From: an uncultured Gammaproteobacteria bacterium
GTDB taxonomy: Bacteria > Patescibacteriota > Patescibacteriia > XYB2-FULL-38-15
NCBI GenBank assembly: GCA_965231095.1
Contig: OZ246416.1
Span: 805,595 to 869,594, forward strand
Reading direction: 5' to 3'
Length of the DNA stretch: 64,000 nt
Shown here: piece by piece, positions 51,452 to 60,279 of the stretch
How the letters are laid out: each line of letters begins with the position of its first letter
Position numbering within the stretch: position 1 is the first letter of the stretch
Translations under genes and position numbers: made by a program
Notes under the pieces: generated by a model
What the model saw: the letters and a program-made list of their open reading frames with translations, nothing else
Database searches by the model: none
Told to the model about the DNA's origin: nothing

Positions 51452-51733
51452 ATGGGTTTTTTAGACATTCTTTTCGGCGGCGGCAAAGCCAAAAAGCAAG
51501 GAATGCTTTTTACAACTTCACTTGAAGTTGAAAAAACTCTTTTCCGCATTGGGACGTTGAATCAAGAACAGAGATCGTTCGTGAAAAGCATGATTGTAAA
51601 ATTTATTGGTTCCGGCGGAGTTACGGTCGAAGAATACAGATCGCATATTTTGCCTGAACTTTATAAAATGTCCCAAACCGGAAAAATTTCTTCAGTTGAT
51701 TACCAGAAATTAAAAAATTTAATTTATAAATAG
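51452..51733 (+). CDS. Hypothetical protein between secY and adk
   Basis: 93 aa, amphipathic N-terminus MGFLDILFGG. Confidence 0.7.
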   Translation: MGFLDILFGGGKAKKQGMLFTTSLEVEKTLFRIGTLNQEQRSFVKSMIVKFIGSGGVTVEEYRSHILPELYKMSQTGKISSVDYQKLKNLIYK

Positions 51734-51762
51734 CCCACACAAAAAGTGTGGGTTTTGCGCTT

Positions 51763-52413
51763 ATGAGGGGACCGCTAAAAATCGCCATCTTCGGGTCGCA
51801 AGGATCAGGCAAGGGTACGCAGGCGGAAATGTTAGCCAAAAAATATAATTTAGGGGTTTTTTCTACCGGGGAATTTTTTCGCCAAGAAATAAAAAAACAG
51901 ACAGAGCTCGGGAAGTTAGCCGACTCCCTGATTAATAGGGGGCAGCTTGTGCCGGACGAGATTGTTAATAAAATTATTCTTAGCGAACTTTCCATACCAA
52001 AATATCAAGGAGGGTTTATTTTAGATGGGTACCCGCGGAATAAAAATCAGATTGAATTTTTAGAAAAAAATATTGGTTTGGATTTGGCGATTTTACTTAT
52101 GATAAGCGACGAAGAAGTTCAAAAAAGATTGGCGGGCCGGAGAGTTTGCCCAGAGTGCGGGGCGATTTATAATATTTTGAATAAGCCGCCGCGTCAGGGT
52201 GAAATTTGCGATATTTGTGGGGAGCGTCTTGCGGTGCGGGATGATGACAAACCGGAATTTATCGCGAAACGGCTTCAAATTTACCATACGGAAACGGAAC
52301 CAATTATAAATTATTATGAAAAAAAAGAAAAATTAATTAAAATAAACGGAGTGGAGCCGATAAAAAAAGTTTTTGATAATATCGTAAAAGAATTGGAAAA
52401 GAAAAATTTATAA
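51763..52413 (+). CDS. adk: Adenylate kinase (Zn-LID type)
   Basis: GSQGSGKGTQA, LDGYPR, CPEC..CDIC. Confidence 0.95.
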   Translation: MRGPLKIAIFGSQGSGKGTQAEMLAKKYNLGVFSTGEFFRQEIKKQTELGKLADSLINRGQLVPDEIVNKIILSELSIPKYQGGFILDGYPRNKNQIEFLEKNIGLDLAILLMISDEEVQKRLAGRRVCPECGAIYNILNKPPRQGEICDICGERLAVRDDDKPEFIAKRLQIYHTETEPIINYYEKKEKLIKINGVEPIKKVFDNIVKELEKKNL

Positions 52414-52415
52414 AT

Positions 52416-53207
52416 ATGGAAAAAATAATTATAAAAACTCCGGAAGAAATTGAGATAATGCGCCAAGGCGGAAAAATTTTAGCCATGGTTTTAAAAGAGT
52501 TGGCAGGGGCGGCGAAGCCGGGGGTAAGCACGGCTGAACTAAACGAGCTGGCGGAAGAGCTGATCGCAAGGAATAATGCCTCGCCGGCTTTTAAAAATTA
52601 TCGGCCGAGTGCCGGCGATCTCCCATTTCCTACAACCCTATGCACATCAATTAATAGAGAAGTGGTCCATGCTCCAGCTCTTCCCGCGAGGCTTCTTCGC
52701 GAAGGAGATGTACTTTGTCTTGATTTGGGCTTGAAATATCCCGCCGGGGAAAACGGACTTTTTGTCGATGCGGCGCTTACGGTGGGTGTTGGAAAAATAA
52801 CTCCGGAAGCAAAAAGATTGATTGAAACGACAAGGCAGGCTCTTGAAGTCGGCATAAATCAAGTAAAGCCGGGCAATACAATCCGTGATATTGCGAAAGC
52901 GGTGCAGGCGCGCATTGAAGAAGCGGGATTTTCTGTGGTGCGTGATTTGGTTGGGCATGGGGTTGGCAAACGCGTTCATGAACCTCCGCGCATCCCAAAT
53001 TTTTGGGACGGAGACGAGGCGCCCGTTGAATTAAAAAAAGGAATGACGATTTGCATTGAGCCAATGGTTTGCGCCGGATCTGCCGCGGTGCGGACAAAGC
53101 GCGAGGATGGATGGACGGTGGAAACGGTTGATTGTTCTCTCGCGGCTCATTTTGAGCATACAATAGCTGTGACAAAAAACGGCTATGAAATTTTGACAAA
53201 ATTATGA
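52416..53207 (+). CDS. map: Methionine aminopeptidase type I
   Basis: SINREVVH, GHGVG..HEPP, IEPM, AHFEHT. Confidence 0.96.
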   Translation: MEKIIIKTPEEIEIMRQGGKILAMVLKELAGAAKPGVSTAELNELAEELIARNNASPAFKNYRPSAGDLPFPTTLCTSINREVVHAPALPARLLREGDVLCLDLGLKYPAGENGLFVDAALTVGVGKITPEAKRLIETTRQALEVGINQVKPGNTIRDIAKAVQARIEEAGFSVVRDLVGHGVGKRVHEPPRIPNFWDGDEAPVELKKGMTICIEPMVCAGSAAVRTKREDGWTVETVDCSLAAHFEHTIAVTKNGYEILTKL

Positions 53208-53596
53208 ATTATTTAGGGATTGATTACGGAGAAAAAAGAGTTGGGCTTGCGACGGGCGACGATAAAATTAAAATTGCCTCGCCGTTTTTAGTTTTAGAAA
53301 ATAAGAGCCAAGATTTTTTGTTAGCTGAGATTAAAAAAATTTGTGATCAGGAAAATATCGAGAGGATTGTAGTGGGGTTGCCGCTCACGATGGTGAGCGA
53401 AACCGGTTTGCAGGCAAAAGAAGTTTTACGTTTTGTGGATTTTCTAAAAAATAATTTAGCCGCGCCGGTCGCAGTGGAAGATGAAAGATTTTCTAGTGCT
53501 ATGGTGGATAAGTTGATGGCAGAATCCGGGGTGAAAGATCGTGACGCCGTGGCGGCGATGGTAATTTTACAAAGTTTTTTTGACAGAAAAAAATGA
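53204..53596 (+). CDS. ruvX: RuvX/YqgF family nuclease
   Basis: LGIDYGEKRVGLA, VVGLP, DERFSS, DAVAA. Confidence 0.93.
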   Translation: MNYLGIDYGEKRVGLATGDDKIKIASPFLVLENKSQDFLLAEIKKICDQENIERIVVGLPLTMVSETGLQAKEVLRFVDFLKNNLAAPVAVEDERFSSAMVDKLMAESGVKDRDAVAAMVILQSFFDRKK

Positions 53597-54354
53597 CGCA
53601 TCTTGTTCGGGGCATAATTTTAAAAAAACAAGACTATCGTGAAAGCGATCGTCTTTTTGTAATTTATACAGATGAGCTCGGGAAAATTTCCGCGGTCGCG
53701 AAAGGTGTCCGCAAAATAAAAAGTAAAATGGCCGGGCACTTGGAATTATTTTCTGTTATTAATTTGATGGTTGCCCCCGGAAAAAATAATTATCAAATCG
53801 CCGGCGCCGACCGAGAAGAAAATTTCTTAAATATTAAAAGTGATTTAGGGAAAACCGTACTCGGAAGTTTTTGTCTGGAAGTTGTGGACATTTTTACTAA
53901 AACCGACCATCCGGATATAAAAATTTATGAGCTGCTTTTGGAAATTTTAAAAGTTTTTGATAATGGGAAAAATAAGAATTTTCTAAAAACATATGCCCTA
54001 TCAAAATTTTTTATTTTAAAATTATTGTCGCTTTTGGGATGGACGCCGGAACTTTACAGCTGTGTTAAATGCAAAAAGAAAATTACCCCGAGCGGAAATT
54101 TTTTTGACGCGGAGCGTGGGGGACTCACTTGCGGGCAGTGTGGCAGGGGCGAGTTGCCGATTTCTACTGCGGCGATTAAAATTTTGCGGTTTGTCTTGAA
54201 AAATGATTTTAAAAAAATATCAACGTTAAAAATTTCTAAAGTTAATATTAAAGAATCGGCGAAAACGATAGATGTTTTTACTGCGGTTCATCAAGATGGG
54301 GAATTGAAAAGTGCTATGTGGATAACCCATTTGACCCAGTCGTTAAAAATTTGA
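53593..54354 (+). CDS. recO: DNA repair protein RecO
   Basis: ESDR..T.ELGKI..AKGVRK, CVKC..GGLTCGQC. Confidence 0.93.
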   Translation: MTHLVRGIILKKQDYRESDRLFVIYTDELGKISAVAKGVRKIKSKMAGHLELFSVINLMVAPGKNNYQIAGADREENFLNIKSDLGKTVLGSFCLEVVDIFTKTDHPDIKIYELLLEILKVFDNGKNKNFLKTYALSKFFILKLLSLLGWTPELYSCVKCKKKITPSGNFFDAERGGLTCGQCGRGELPISTAAIKILRFVLKNDFKKISTLKISKVNIKESAKTIDVFTAVHQDGELKSAMWITHLTQSLKI

Positions 54355-54446
54355 TAAACTCAATTTCAGAACGTTGAAAGGGGACGGCGAAAGGAGGAAT
54401 CCTTCGCCGTTTTTTTGCGCCCAAGAAATTGGGAAGGAGGACAAGA

Positions 54447-55127
54447 ATGTTGCCTAGGGGTTGTCCGAGCGAAAGAGCTCTGTTTCGGCAGATGTTCGAT
54501 AAGCAGGTTGATCGGCTCGTTACAGGCGGCTGGCATACGGTGTTGGGGTGGGCAGAAAAAGATCTTCGCATCTATCTCGGCATGCTAGTTGATCCGCCGA
54601 GCGGCGTCCTCTATGAGGTCAGGGTGGAGACCCCGGACCATCTCCCACTTCTTGTAGTGATTCCGCACGCTATACTCCCGATTGAGCGCCAGATGGAGCG
54701 GCTTGTCGTGGCCAAGAAGCACGGTTACGCGAGCCTTGACTCGGAAAAACTCTGGAATCCCGAGGGAATCGGCGAGTCCAAATCGCCCTATCTAATCTGT
54801 GACGTCGATGACGGCGCAGAGAATGTGGGGCTAGCCACAGGCGAAGTTGCGGGAGGAATCAGCCGCGCTTGTCGGCAAGGACTCATTATGGAGGAGGCGA
54901 TTGCTCTCGCCCTCCATTCGCCGGAATCGCTCGTCCATCATGCTTTTGCGCTGATTGGCGTAGACTACCAGATCGCGCCTTGGTCGGGAAATGGGCCGCG
55001 CCGTCAGTGTGTTCCGGAGCTCTGGAACGGATCTGGCGGGCCGACGCAGAATTACAGTCCGCTCAATAGCAAGAGAGAAGACCGCGGCGTGCCGTCCTGC
55101 AAGAGGCGCTTGTTTTTGAACGGGTAA
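54447..55127 (+). CDS. DUF5701-like (C-type-lectin-like fold) orphan, GC-rich
   Basis: LLVVIP, PYLICDVDDG, GLIMEEAIAL, VPELW..GGP, GVPSCKRR pattern; SD AAGGAGG; promoter TTGACC..TAAACT at 54331-54360. Confidence 0.62.
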   Translation: MLPRGCPSERALFRQMFDKQVDRLVTGGWHTVLGWAEKDLRIYLGMLVDPPSGVLYEVRVETPDHLPLLVVIPHAILPIERQMERLVVAKKHGYASLDSEKLWNPEGIGESKSPYLICDVDDGAENVGLATGEVAGGISRACRQGLIMEEAIALALHSPESLVHHAFALIGVDYQIAPWSGNGPRRQCVPELWNGSGGPTQNYSPLNSKREDRGVPSCKRRLFLNG

Positions 55128-55192
55128 CCATAGCCCGAACGTTCTCGCCGACTTGATTAATTTTGAGTCGGCGATTTTTTTGTAAAATGTAG

Positions 55193-55309
55193 AAACCCCA
55201 GCACTAAAGCCCAAAGCGTGGCGGATGACAGTTCGTCTAGTCGGCACGGAAACGCCTGCGGCTCCCGTCGTACAAAAATATTATCTATTTTAAGGCTTAG
55301 TGCGGGGTT
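55193..55309. repeat. Small element bounded by inverted repeats (MITE/REP-like) with a GC-rich structured core
   Basis: AACCCC-A-GCACTAA-A-GCC ... GGC-TTAGTGC-GGGGTT. Confidence 0.5.
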
Positions 55310-55415
55310 ATTTGTTTGTCCTTAAATTTTTTTCGTGCACAGCACTTCAAAATTTAAACAAACAAATAAAAAACGCGGCAACTTCTGTTTCCAAAAGTGC
55401 CGCGTGGGGTTTTAA

Positions 55416-56618
55416 CTAGAGCATGCCGGAGATGGTCTTCAACCGCTCCTTCAGTCTCGTGGCGTCGGGTTCGACTACCGGGCCGAATTCCTCCCGAATG
55501 GTGTCGAGAATCGCGCTTATGACGCGTTCCTTGACCGGGCGGAGGAAGCCCGTGTCGTTGATTTCTCGGTGGACTCGGAGAGAGAAGTCCGAGAGTCGCC
55601 GTAAGGTATGGCGGAAGTCAGCTTCAGTCACGGCATCCATCGCTTCAGCGAGAGCCAAGGGAAAGATGATACGAGACTCAAAGGCTCGTTGGGCTTCCTT
55701 GAGGCGGACGGCCGCGAGAATTCGGTCGATCGCCGCCAGGGCGAACTTCTTGCTTCGGGCAGATTTGGCCTTGGCGAGATCGAGTCGGATCATCTTGGCG
55801 GTTTTACGGAACGGCGTCACATCGAGATGCGGCAGGAGGCGCTGTAGAGTAAAATCAACTCGTCTCGCGAAGATGCGCCGAACTTTCGGTGAGAAGCTGA
55901 GTGAGAGTTGAAAATTCTCGGCTTGCAAGATTCTGCGGAGCGAGCCGAGGTCGTCGAAGATGTTGCCGATCGCCTGAGCAAGGATTTGTTCCAGAAGAAT
56001 CATCCTTGGGCCGATTCGGCGGATGTCGACATGCCGCCGGTCGACGCGCCGTTTGGCCGCGTCAACCCGCTTCTCGGTGGCTGGCAGATTTTGACTTCGC
56101 GTACCCGACGGATGCCGGACTTCAAGCGTAGCCGCCGCCGCGAGTTTTTTTGCGGCTTCCGCCTTGAGTTTGTCCCTCGCTCCGCCGAGCACTTGGGCGA
56201 TCTGCAAAAGATCGGCCCGGACTTTAGTCAGCTCACGGCTTGATGCGGCCTTGCCTTCCATTAGGATAGCGAGGTCGCAGCTCAGCCGATCGGAGAAATC
56301 GCTAAGCCTCTGGAGTTCGCCGGACTTTTCCTTCAGTCCGTATTTCCGGAGCGCATGGGCGGCGCGCCGTAGGGCTGCGTAGATCCCGCCCGAGACGATA
56401 TGGTACAGACGCTCCTCTCCACGTCCGCCGAAGTCGTACCAGGCCGAAACGAGCACGGTACCGGCCGGGGCCACGAGTTTTTCCTTCAAGACTTTGCCAC
56501 GACTCTTCGTACCCGCCGGGAAGGCAAGGGCCTCCTGGGTCACGAGAATTCGCTGACCGTTAAGTTCGCGAACCCTGAGGTCAACCTCTCCGAAAGCAGT
56601 CTGGGTTAGTTTTTTCAA
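55416..56618 (-). CDS. Arg/Ala-rich helical orphan protein (GC-rich)
   Basis: TTG start after SD AAGGAGG; promoter TTGACT-17-TAAGGT at 56679-56651; terminator at ~55370-55405. Confidence 0.65.
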   Translation of the reverse strand: MKKLTQTAFGEVDLRVRELNGQRILVTQEALAFPAGTKSRGKVLKEKLVAPAGTVLVSAWYDFGGRGEERLYHIVSGGIYAALRRAAHALRKYGLKEKSGELQRLSDFSDRLSCDLAILMEGKAASSRELTKVRADLLQIAQVLGGARDKLKAEAAKKLAAAATLEVRHPSGTRSQNLPATEKRVDAAKRRVDRRHVDIRRIGPRMILLEQILAQAIGNIFDDLGSLRRILQAENFQLSLSFSPKVRRIFARRVDFTLQRLLPHLDVTPFRKTAKMIRLDLAKAKSARSKKFALAAIDRILAAVRLKEAQRAFESRIIFPLALAEAMDAVTEADFRHTLRRLSDFSLRVHREINDTGFLRPVKERVISAILDTIREEFGPVVEPDATRLKERLKTISGML

Positions 56619-56721
56619 AGTGCCCTCCTTACCCCATTTCGGGGTCTCTAACCTTACCAAATTATTATATTTTAGTCAATCTTGCCGAAAATCAAAAGAT
56701 TCTCTATAATTAAACAATTAT

Positions 56722-58014
56722 ATGCAATCCATTTTATTGAAAGATATCAGTCAATATTTGAACCAGGAAGTCGCGATCCGCGGCTGGATTTATAATTTTC
56801 GTTCCTCGGGCAGTATCTTTTTTTTGCAAGTCCGAGATGGCTCCGGCTTTGTCCAGGCGATTGTTTCTAAAAAAGAAGTGGCGCCGGAGATTTGGGAAGC
56901 GTGTGAAAAAATAACGATAGAAACTTCAGTGGAAATTTCTGGCACGGTTAGTAAACATCCGAAAAAGGAAGAATACGAATTGCAAGTAAAAAATTTAAAA
57001 ATTGTCCAGGTTGCCGAAGAATATCCAATCGGGAAAAAAGAACATGGTCCGGATTTTCTTTTGGACATCCGCCACCTCTGGCTTCGTTCGGGAAAACAAT
57101 GGGCAACGCTGCGCGTGCGAAACACGATCATCAACGCGACCTATGAATATTTTAATCAAAATGGATTTATAAAAATTGATACGCCGATTTTGACGCCGAC
57201 CGCCTGCGAGGGAACAACAACTCTTTTTGAAGTTCCGTATTTTGATTTAGGGAAAGCATATCTCGCGCAATCTGGTCAGCTTTATTTGGAAGCGGCAGTT
57301 ATGAGTTTTGGCCGGTGCTTTGATTTTGGCCCAACTTTCCGGGCGGAAAAATCAAAAACCCGCCGGCATCTCACAGAATTTTGGATGATGGATGCCGAAG
57401 CGGCGTTTACCAACCATGAAGGTAATATGAAAATTCAGGAAGAATTGATTTGCCACATCGTTACGAGAGTTTTGGAAAAAAATAAAAAAGAATTGGAAAT
57501 TTTAGAAAGAGATATTTCAAAATTGGAAAAAGTTAGGGCGCCGTTTGGGCGGATGATCTACGCCGCGGCGATTAAAAAAGTTCAAGCATTGGGTTCCGAC
57601 ATTAAAGACGGAGAAGATTTGGGGGCGGACGATGAAACTTTATTGACGCAAGATTCTGACGTGCCGATTTTTGTGGAAAAATGGCCGCGGCAGATAAAAG
57701 CATTTTATATGAAACGCGATCCGGAAAATCCGGAAGTAGTTTTGGGTTCTGACTTAATCGCGCCGGAAGGCCACGGAGAAATTATCGGTGGCTCGGAGCG
57801 CGAAGATAATTATGATTTGCTTCTCGCGCGGATGAAAGAAGAAAAAATGCCCCTTGAAGATTTTCAGTGGTATTTGGATTTGCGAAAATACGGTTCGGTG
57901 CCACACTCCGGTTTTGGCTATGGGCTGGAGAGGATTGTCGGCTGGATGTGCGGGATTCATCATATTCGTGAAACGATTCCTTTTCCAAGAATGATTAATA
58001 GATTAAGACCATAA
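56722..58014 (+). CDS. asnS: Asparagine--tRNA ligase
   Basis: RHLWLRS, YLAQSGQLYLE, FRAEKSKTRRHLTEFWM, GGSERE. Confidence 0.96.
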   Translation: MQSILLKDISQYLNQEVAIRGWIYNFRSSGSIFFLQVRDGSGFVQAIVSKKEVAPEIWEACEKITIETSVEISGTVSKHPKKEEYELQVKNLKIVQVAEEYPIGKKEHGPDFLLDIRHLWLRSGKQWATLRVRNTIINATYEYFNQNGFIKIDTPILTPTACEGTTTLFEVPYFDLGKAYLAQSGQLYLEAAVMSFGRCFDFGPTFRAEKSKTRRHLTEFWMMDAEAAFTNHEGNMKIQEELICHIVTRVLEKNKKELEILERDISKLEKVRAPFGRMIYAAAIKKVQALGSDIKDGEDLGADDETLLTQDSDVPIFVEKWPRQIKAFYMKRDPENPEVVLGSDLIAPEGHGEIIGGSEREDNYDLLLARMKEEKMPLEDFQWYLDLRKYGSVPHSGFGYGLERIVGWMCGIHHIRETIPFPRMINRLRP

Positions 58015-58022
58015 AATTATTT

Positions 58023-59414
58023 ATGACGCGTACACTTATAAAAGACACAGTTAGTAAGGTAGGGGAGGAGGTGCTCCTCAAGGGCTGGGTCCATGTCCGC
58101 CGCGACATGGGAAAAATTATTTTTATTGATTTGCGCGACGCGACCGGTTTAATCCAGGTTGTTTTTGTTTCCAAAGATAAAGAATTTATGGCGGCGGCCG
58201 ATAAACTTCGCTCGGAATTTGTCGTGGCCATTACCGGAAAAGTAAACAAGCGGCCGGAAAAAATGGTTAATCCAAATCTCGCCACTGGCACAGTTGAACT
58301 TGAAGCGAAAAATCTGGAAATATTGAATGAATCAAAAACCTTGCCTTTTGAGATTGATAAAGATACGCTGCCAATTAGCGAAGAATTGAGAATGAAATAC
58401 AGGTATCTTGATTTGCGGAGCGAGCGGATGAGGAAAAATATTTTGTTGCGCAGTCAAATGTTAAATAAAATCAAGAATTTTTTGCACGAGCGAAATTTTG
58501 TGGAAATTGAAACGCCATATATTACCAAAGGTACTCCGGAAGGCGCGCGGGAATATATGGTTCCCTCGCGAATGCATGCCGGAAAATTTTACGTTCTGCC
58601 GCAATCTCCCCAGCAGTTTAAACAGTTGTTAATGGTTGCCGGGTTTGAAAAATATTTTCAGATCGCCAGATGTTTTCGCGACGAAGATCAGCGCGGCGAC
58701 CGCCAGCCGGAATTTACCCAGCTTGATATGGAAATGTCTTTTGTTGATCAAGAGGATGTAATGAAACTTACCGAAGAATTAATGATTCATTTGGCAAAAA
58801 CCGTGGCGCCGGAGAAGAAAATTAAAAAAACTCCCTTTCCGGTTTTGACCTATGACGAGGCGATAAAAAAATATAAAACCGATAAGCCGGATTTGCGTGA
58901 GGATAAAAAAGATCCAAATGAATTAGCTTTTTGTTGGGTAGTTGATTTTCCTCTTTTTGAATGGTCAGAGACTGATAAAAAACTTGTTTCATCGCACCAT
59001 CCTTTTACCATGCCACACAAAGAAGATTTGGAAGACTTGGAAGAACATCCGCTTGATGCCCGCGCTTACGCTTATGACCTGGTGTTAAACGGCTACGAAG
59101 TGGGCGGCGGCAGTATCAGAATTCATGACAGAAATTTACAATCAAAAATTTTTCGATTGCTCGGCGTTGGTAAAGACGACGCAGAATTACGCTTTGGCCA
59201 TATGTTTGAGGCCTTTACTTATGGTGCCCCACCGCACGGGGGTATTGCACCCGGTCTTGATAGATTGGCCATGCTTTTTGCCGGCGAACCGAATATTCGC
59301 GAAGTAATGGCTTTTCCCAAAACTTCTGACGCTCGCGATTTGATGATGGGCGCTCCGTCGGAACTGCCGGAAGCGCAACTTAAGGAAGCGCATATTAAGG
59401 TGGTGGAAAAATAA
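58023..59414 (+). CDS. aspS: Aspartate--tRNA ligase lacking the GAD domain
   Basis: RYLDLR, QSPQQFKQ, CFRDED.R.DRQPEFTQ, GAPPHGG. Confidence 0.96.
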   Translation: MTRTLIKDTVSKVGEEVLLKGWVHVRRDMGKIIFIDLRDATGLIQVVFVSKDKEFMAAADKLRSEFVVAITGKVNKRPEKMVNPNLATGTVELEAKNLEILNESKTLPFEIDKDTLPISEELRMKYRYLDLRSERMRKNILLRSQMLNKIKNFLHERNFVEIETPYITKGTPEGAREYMVPSRMHAGKFYVLPQSPQQFKQLLMVAGFEKYFQIARCFRDEDQRGDRQPEFTQLDMEMSFVDQEDVMKLTEELMIHLAKTVAPEKKIKKTPFPVLTYDEAIKKYKTDKPDLREDKKDPNELAFCWVVDFPLFEWSETDKKLVSSHHPFTMPHKEDLEDLEEHPLDARAYAYDLVLNGYEVGGGSIRIHDRNLQSKIFRLLGVGKDDAELRFGHMFEAFTYGAPPHGGIAPGLDRLAMLFAGEPNIREVMAFPKTSDARDLMMGAPSELPEAQLKEAHIKVVEK

Positions 59415-59415
59415 T

Positions 59416-59868
59416 ATGAAAATAGTTGTTTGTGGCAGTATTGAGTTTACGCCAAAAATAAAAGAAGCTGCCGATACTTTGACCGGACATGGCCATAAAG
59501 TGGAAATACCAATTACCAGTCAGAGAATAATTGACGGCGAACTGACGCTTGAGGATTTTTTGCGTGAAAAGGAAATAAACGGTGACACTTCTTTTAGAAA
59601 AAATATTGAGCGAAAAATTAAAGATGATGTGATTAAGCGTTATTTTAATATAATAAAAGAATCAGACGCTATTCTAGTTTTAAATTATGAGAAAAAGGGA
59701 GTAGCCGGATATATTGGGGGAAATACTTTTTTAGAAACGGGGTTTGCCCATGTTTTGAATAAAAAAATCTTTCTTTTAAATCCGGTTCCCGAGATGGGAT
59801 ACAAAGATGAAATAGTTGCCATGCAGCCGACGGTTTTGGACGGAGATTTGAGTAAAATTAGCAATTAG
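59416..59868 (+). CDS. Nucleoside 2-deoxyribosyltransferase-like Rossmann protein
   Basis: MKIVVCGS, ESDAILVLN, YIGGNTFLE. Confidence 0.6.
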   Translation: MKIVVCGSIEFTPKIKEAADTLTGHGHKVEIPITSQRIIDGELTLEDFLREKEINGDTSFRKNIERKIKDDVIKRYFNIIKESDAILVLNYEKKGVAGYIGGNTFLETGFAHVLNKKIFLLNPVPEMGYKDEIVAMQPTVLDGDLSKISN

Positions 59869-59944
59869 CTAGATATAGAATTAAGCGGTCGAAACGGCCG
59901 CTTTTTTAATTTACAAATAAGCGTTTTTTTGGTATAATTAATTT

Positions 59945-60241
59945 ATGAAATTATCCCATCTCCAAAAGTATATTTTGGGCTTGGGTTACGCAGAAAAAGA
60001 CAAATTTGGCCGCGGAAAAATTTTGCGTTTTTACGACAAACAAAAACGGCCGCCCAAGATGGAGGATAGAGTAAATATTGTCACAAGATCTTTGGAAAGA
60101 TTAATTGACAAGGGTTTTCTTGTTGGCTACGGCGTGCGGACGCCGAAGAAGTGGTTTATTAAAGAGATAAAATTGACGGCGGTCGGGAGAAAAATAGCGC
60201 GCGGTCTGCAAGGAAAACAAGCGGCGTTACCTTTTAAATAA
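59945..60241 (+). CDS. Small basic winged-helix-like hypothetical protein
   Basis: SLERLIDKGFL..IKLTAVG pattern. Confidence 0.6.
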   Translation: MKLSHLQKYILGLGYAEKDKFGRGKILRFYDKQKRPPKMEDRVNIVTRSLERLIDKGFLVGYGVRTPKKWFIKEIKLTAVGRKIARGLQGKQAALPFK

Positions 60242-60279
60242 AAATTTCGTATTAAATATTAAGAAATATTTTTTATAAT

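Noticed and set aside
23196-55127. Complete DGR locus
   Set aside because: No reverse transcriptase, Avd or TR/VR repeat pair is visible in this window.
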